64,000 bases of DNA from Lysobacterales bacterium. GTDB lineage: Bacteria; Pseudomonadota; Gammaproteobacteria; Xanthomonadales; BPKI01. The stretch covers positions 1,708,627-1,772,626 of the forward strand of contig JAVQZZ010000001.1 in assembly GCA_033582715.1 (NCBI GenBank). Reading direction: 5' to 3'. A model generated the notes under the pieces. It had not been told where the DNA came from. It searched no databases and worked only from the letters and a program-made list of their open reading frames with translations. Of the stretch, positions 62,181 to 64,000 are shown piece by piece. Position 1 is the first letter of the stretch. Every line of letters begins with the position of its first letter. Both the position numbers and the translations under genes were made by a program.

Positions 62181-62311
62181 GGCGACCTCCACTTTCCGGC
62201 GAGCGCCGACGCTGGCGCTTCGCGCCAACGACGGCGTAGGTGCACTATGCGCCGCCTCGCCGCGCGCGAGGTAAAGGGGCCAGCGGACGTCGGGACCGTG
62301 CCCGACGGCGT

Positions 62312-63321
62312 TCACCCCTCGGCGACGGGTCCGAGCGCGGCGAGCAGCGCGGTCATGAACACCCCGCGCGGCAGCCAGCAGCGCAGCACCAGCCGCTCCC
62401 GGCCCGCGAACCCGAAGTCGAGCGCCCGCGGCCGCGCCCGCAGCGCGCGGCGGTCCATCCTCAGGCCGCCCTGCTCGCAGGACCTCCGCCCACTCGCGAT
62501 GGCGCGCCGCGACCGCGCGCTCGAGCGCCAGCGGCTCGCCCGCGGTTCCCGGATCGCCGCGGCCCCAGAGCGGGCCGCTCGGGTGGATCTCGCCGGCCGC
62601 GAGCCGCGCCGCCAGCGCCGGATCCCCAGGATCCTCGACCCGGAAGCGGGTGCCGCGGCCGTCGAGCATCGCCAGGTCGCCCGCGAGCAGCCGGTCCCAG
62701 CTTTCGTTCCTCGATCCGCGCCGCGAGCAGGGCGTTGAACAGCGCCGCGCGCACGGCCGAGAGCCGCATCCCGCGCTCCGGCCCGCGCACCCTGGCGATC
62801 CCCGCCGGTTCGTGGAGGTTCGCCCCCCCGCGCCCGAAGCGCTGCGGTCCGAAGTGGTTGGGAAAGCCGAGCCGCGCGATTGCCTCGATGCGCGCGGCGA
62901 TCGCCCCGGGCTCCCCGTCGAGCAGCCGCAGTCCGAGCTCGAAACGGTTGCCGCGGTGCGCCCCCCGCGGCAGCTTGCGGCGGTGGCGGGCGGCGGCGAG
63001 CACGCGCAACCCCGGTCGCTCGAGGCGCCGCCAGTCCCCGGCGGCGAGATGCGGCGCCCGGACCGTGAAGTGCTGCACCGCGACCGCGCGCCGGTCCTTG
63101 AGCCCGGCGAAGCCGACGGCGAGCGGAGCGACCCCGGCGAAGCGCGCCAGCTCGCGGGCGACCGCGAGCGTGTCCCGCTCCCGCTTCTCGATCCTGAGCA
63201 GCCAGTGCTCGCCCTCGCCGTCGGGCTCGAAGCCGAGGTCCTCCTCCACCCGGAAGTCCTCCGGGCGCTCCCGGATCCGGGCCGCCAGCACCGGCTCGCG
63301 GAAGCACTCCGGCTGCAGCAT
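62312..63321 (-). CDS. truD: tRNA pseudouridine(13) synthase TruD, two apparent frameshifts (near 62700 and 62470)
   Basis: ORF 62461..63321: [51 protein letters not shown]...[11 protein letters not shown]...[10 protein letters not shown]. It continues through [26 protein letters not shown] and the tail [26 protein letters not shown]. Confidence 0.88.
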
Positions 63322-63322
63322 C

Positions 63323-63806
63323 TCAGCGGACGGCGGCGAGGATGCTCGCCACCGCGAAGGCGGCGATCCCCTCCCCCCGCCCGGTGAAGCCGAGCCCCTC
63401 GCTGGTCGTGGCCTTGACGCTCACCGCGCCCTCGGGCAGGCCGAGAACGGCGGCGAGGGCCGCGCGCATCGCGGGCACGTGCGGGGCGAGCCGAGGCCGC
63501 TCGCAGACCGCGGTGAGGTCGACGTTGTGCGGTCGGAAGCCGGCCTCGGCGAGCAGCGCCAGGGTGTGGGCGAGCAGCTCGCGGCCGGCAGCGCCGCGCC
63601 AGCGCGGATCGCCCGGGCGGGAAGTGCCGGCCGAGGTCGCCGAGGGCGGCGGCCCCGAGCAGGGCGTCGCACAGCGCGTGCACCAGCACGTCGCCGTCCG
63701 AGAACGCCTCGAGGCCGCGGTCGTGCGGGATCCGCACCAGCCCGAGCATGAGGTGGTCCCCCGGCGCGAAGCGGTGGACGTCGAAGCCGAGACCGACGCG
63801 GATCAT
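63323..63806 (-). CDS. ispF: 2-C-methyl-D-erythritol 2,4-cyclodiphosphate synthase, one apparent frameshift near 63620
   Basis: [63 protein letters not shown], then (next frame) ...[66 protein letters not shown]. Confidence 0.92.
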
Positions 63807-64000
63807 CCTCCCTCCTGCGCCGCGAGCACCAGGGCGGCGAGCTCGAGATCCTCGGGCACCGTGATCTTGAGGTTGCGCTCGCTGCCGAGCACCAGCCGCG
63901 GACGCAGCCCGAGCCGCTCCACCGCCTCGGCCTCGTCGCCGCAGTGCTCCGCCCCGGGATCGGCGAGGCGCCCGCTCGAGCAGGCCGCGGGCGAAGAGCT
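63803..64000 (-). CDS. ispD: 2-C-methyl-D-erythritol 4-phosphate cytidylyltransferase, C-terminal fragment (5' end beyond the window)
   Basis: Reverse translation ends ...[23 protein letters not shown] with TGA at 63803, overlapping the ispF ATG (ATGA). ispD-ispF-truD-surE-pcm-nlpD synteny. Confidence 0.8.
   Translation of the reverse strand, partial: SSSPAACSSGRLADPGAEHCGDEAEAVERLGLRPRLVLGSERNLKITVPEDLELAALVLAAQEGG

Overview
About 72% GC (by eye) chromosomal segment from a gammaproteobacterium. It is almost entirely core housekeeping genes. I found no CRISPR array, transposase, integrase or phage gene. Gene order: alaS-recX-recA-pncC (-), mutS (+), folE2, an SQS/PSY-like gene-gph-ubiG-mtaD (-), efp (-) / epmB (+), a FimX-like REC-PAS-GGDEF-EAL protein (+), htpX (-). 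Next is a PHA locus: phaB1-phaR-phaB2-methyltransferase (+), then DUF1631-phaC-phaE (-). Then the minus-strand string pnp-rpsO-truB-rbfA-infB-nusA-rimP-tRNAfMet, nuoN..nuoA, tRNA-Leu-secG-tpiA. A roughly 3.9 kb accessory-looking block follows: SDR (+), then a secreted ~14-blade repeat protein and a 2OG-Fe(II) oxygenase (-). The window ends with glmM-folP-ftsH-rlmE (-), yhbY and an Mth938-like gene (+), nlpD-yqaA-pcm-surE (-), smr (+), a small lipoprotein, and truD-ispF-ispD (-). The dominant unusual signal is technical: by manual frame tracing, roughly 70 single-base frame breaks interrupt conserved and often essential genes (nusA, infB, nuoG, nuoL, nuoN, mutS, truB and others). Several multi-kb blocks have none. 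I read these as indel errors in the assembly, not pseudogenes. Coordinates of broken genes therefore span the reconstructed gene, and the ORF-track fragments are pieces of them. Many long ORFs in the track are antisense or out-of-frame shadows typical of high-GC DNA. I see no convincing novel multi-gene system. The best candidates for follow-up are the oxygenase + repeat-propeller pair inserted between glmM and tpiA, the layout of the PHA locus, and a few small RNA or regulatory oddities.
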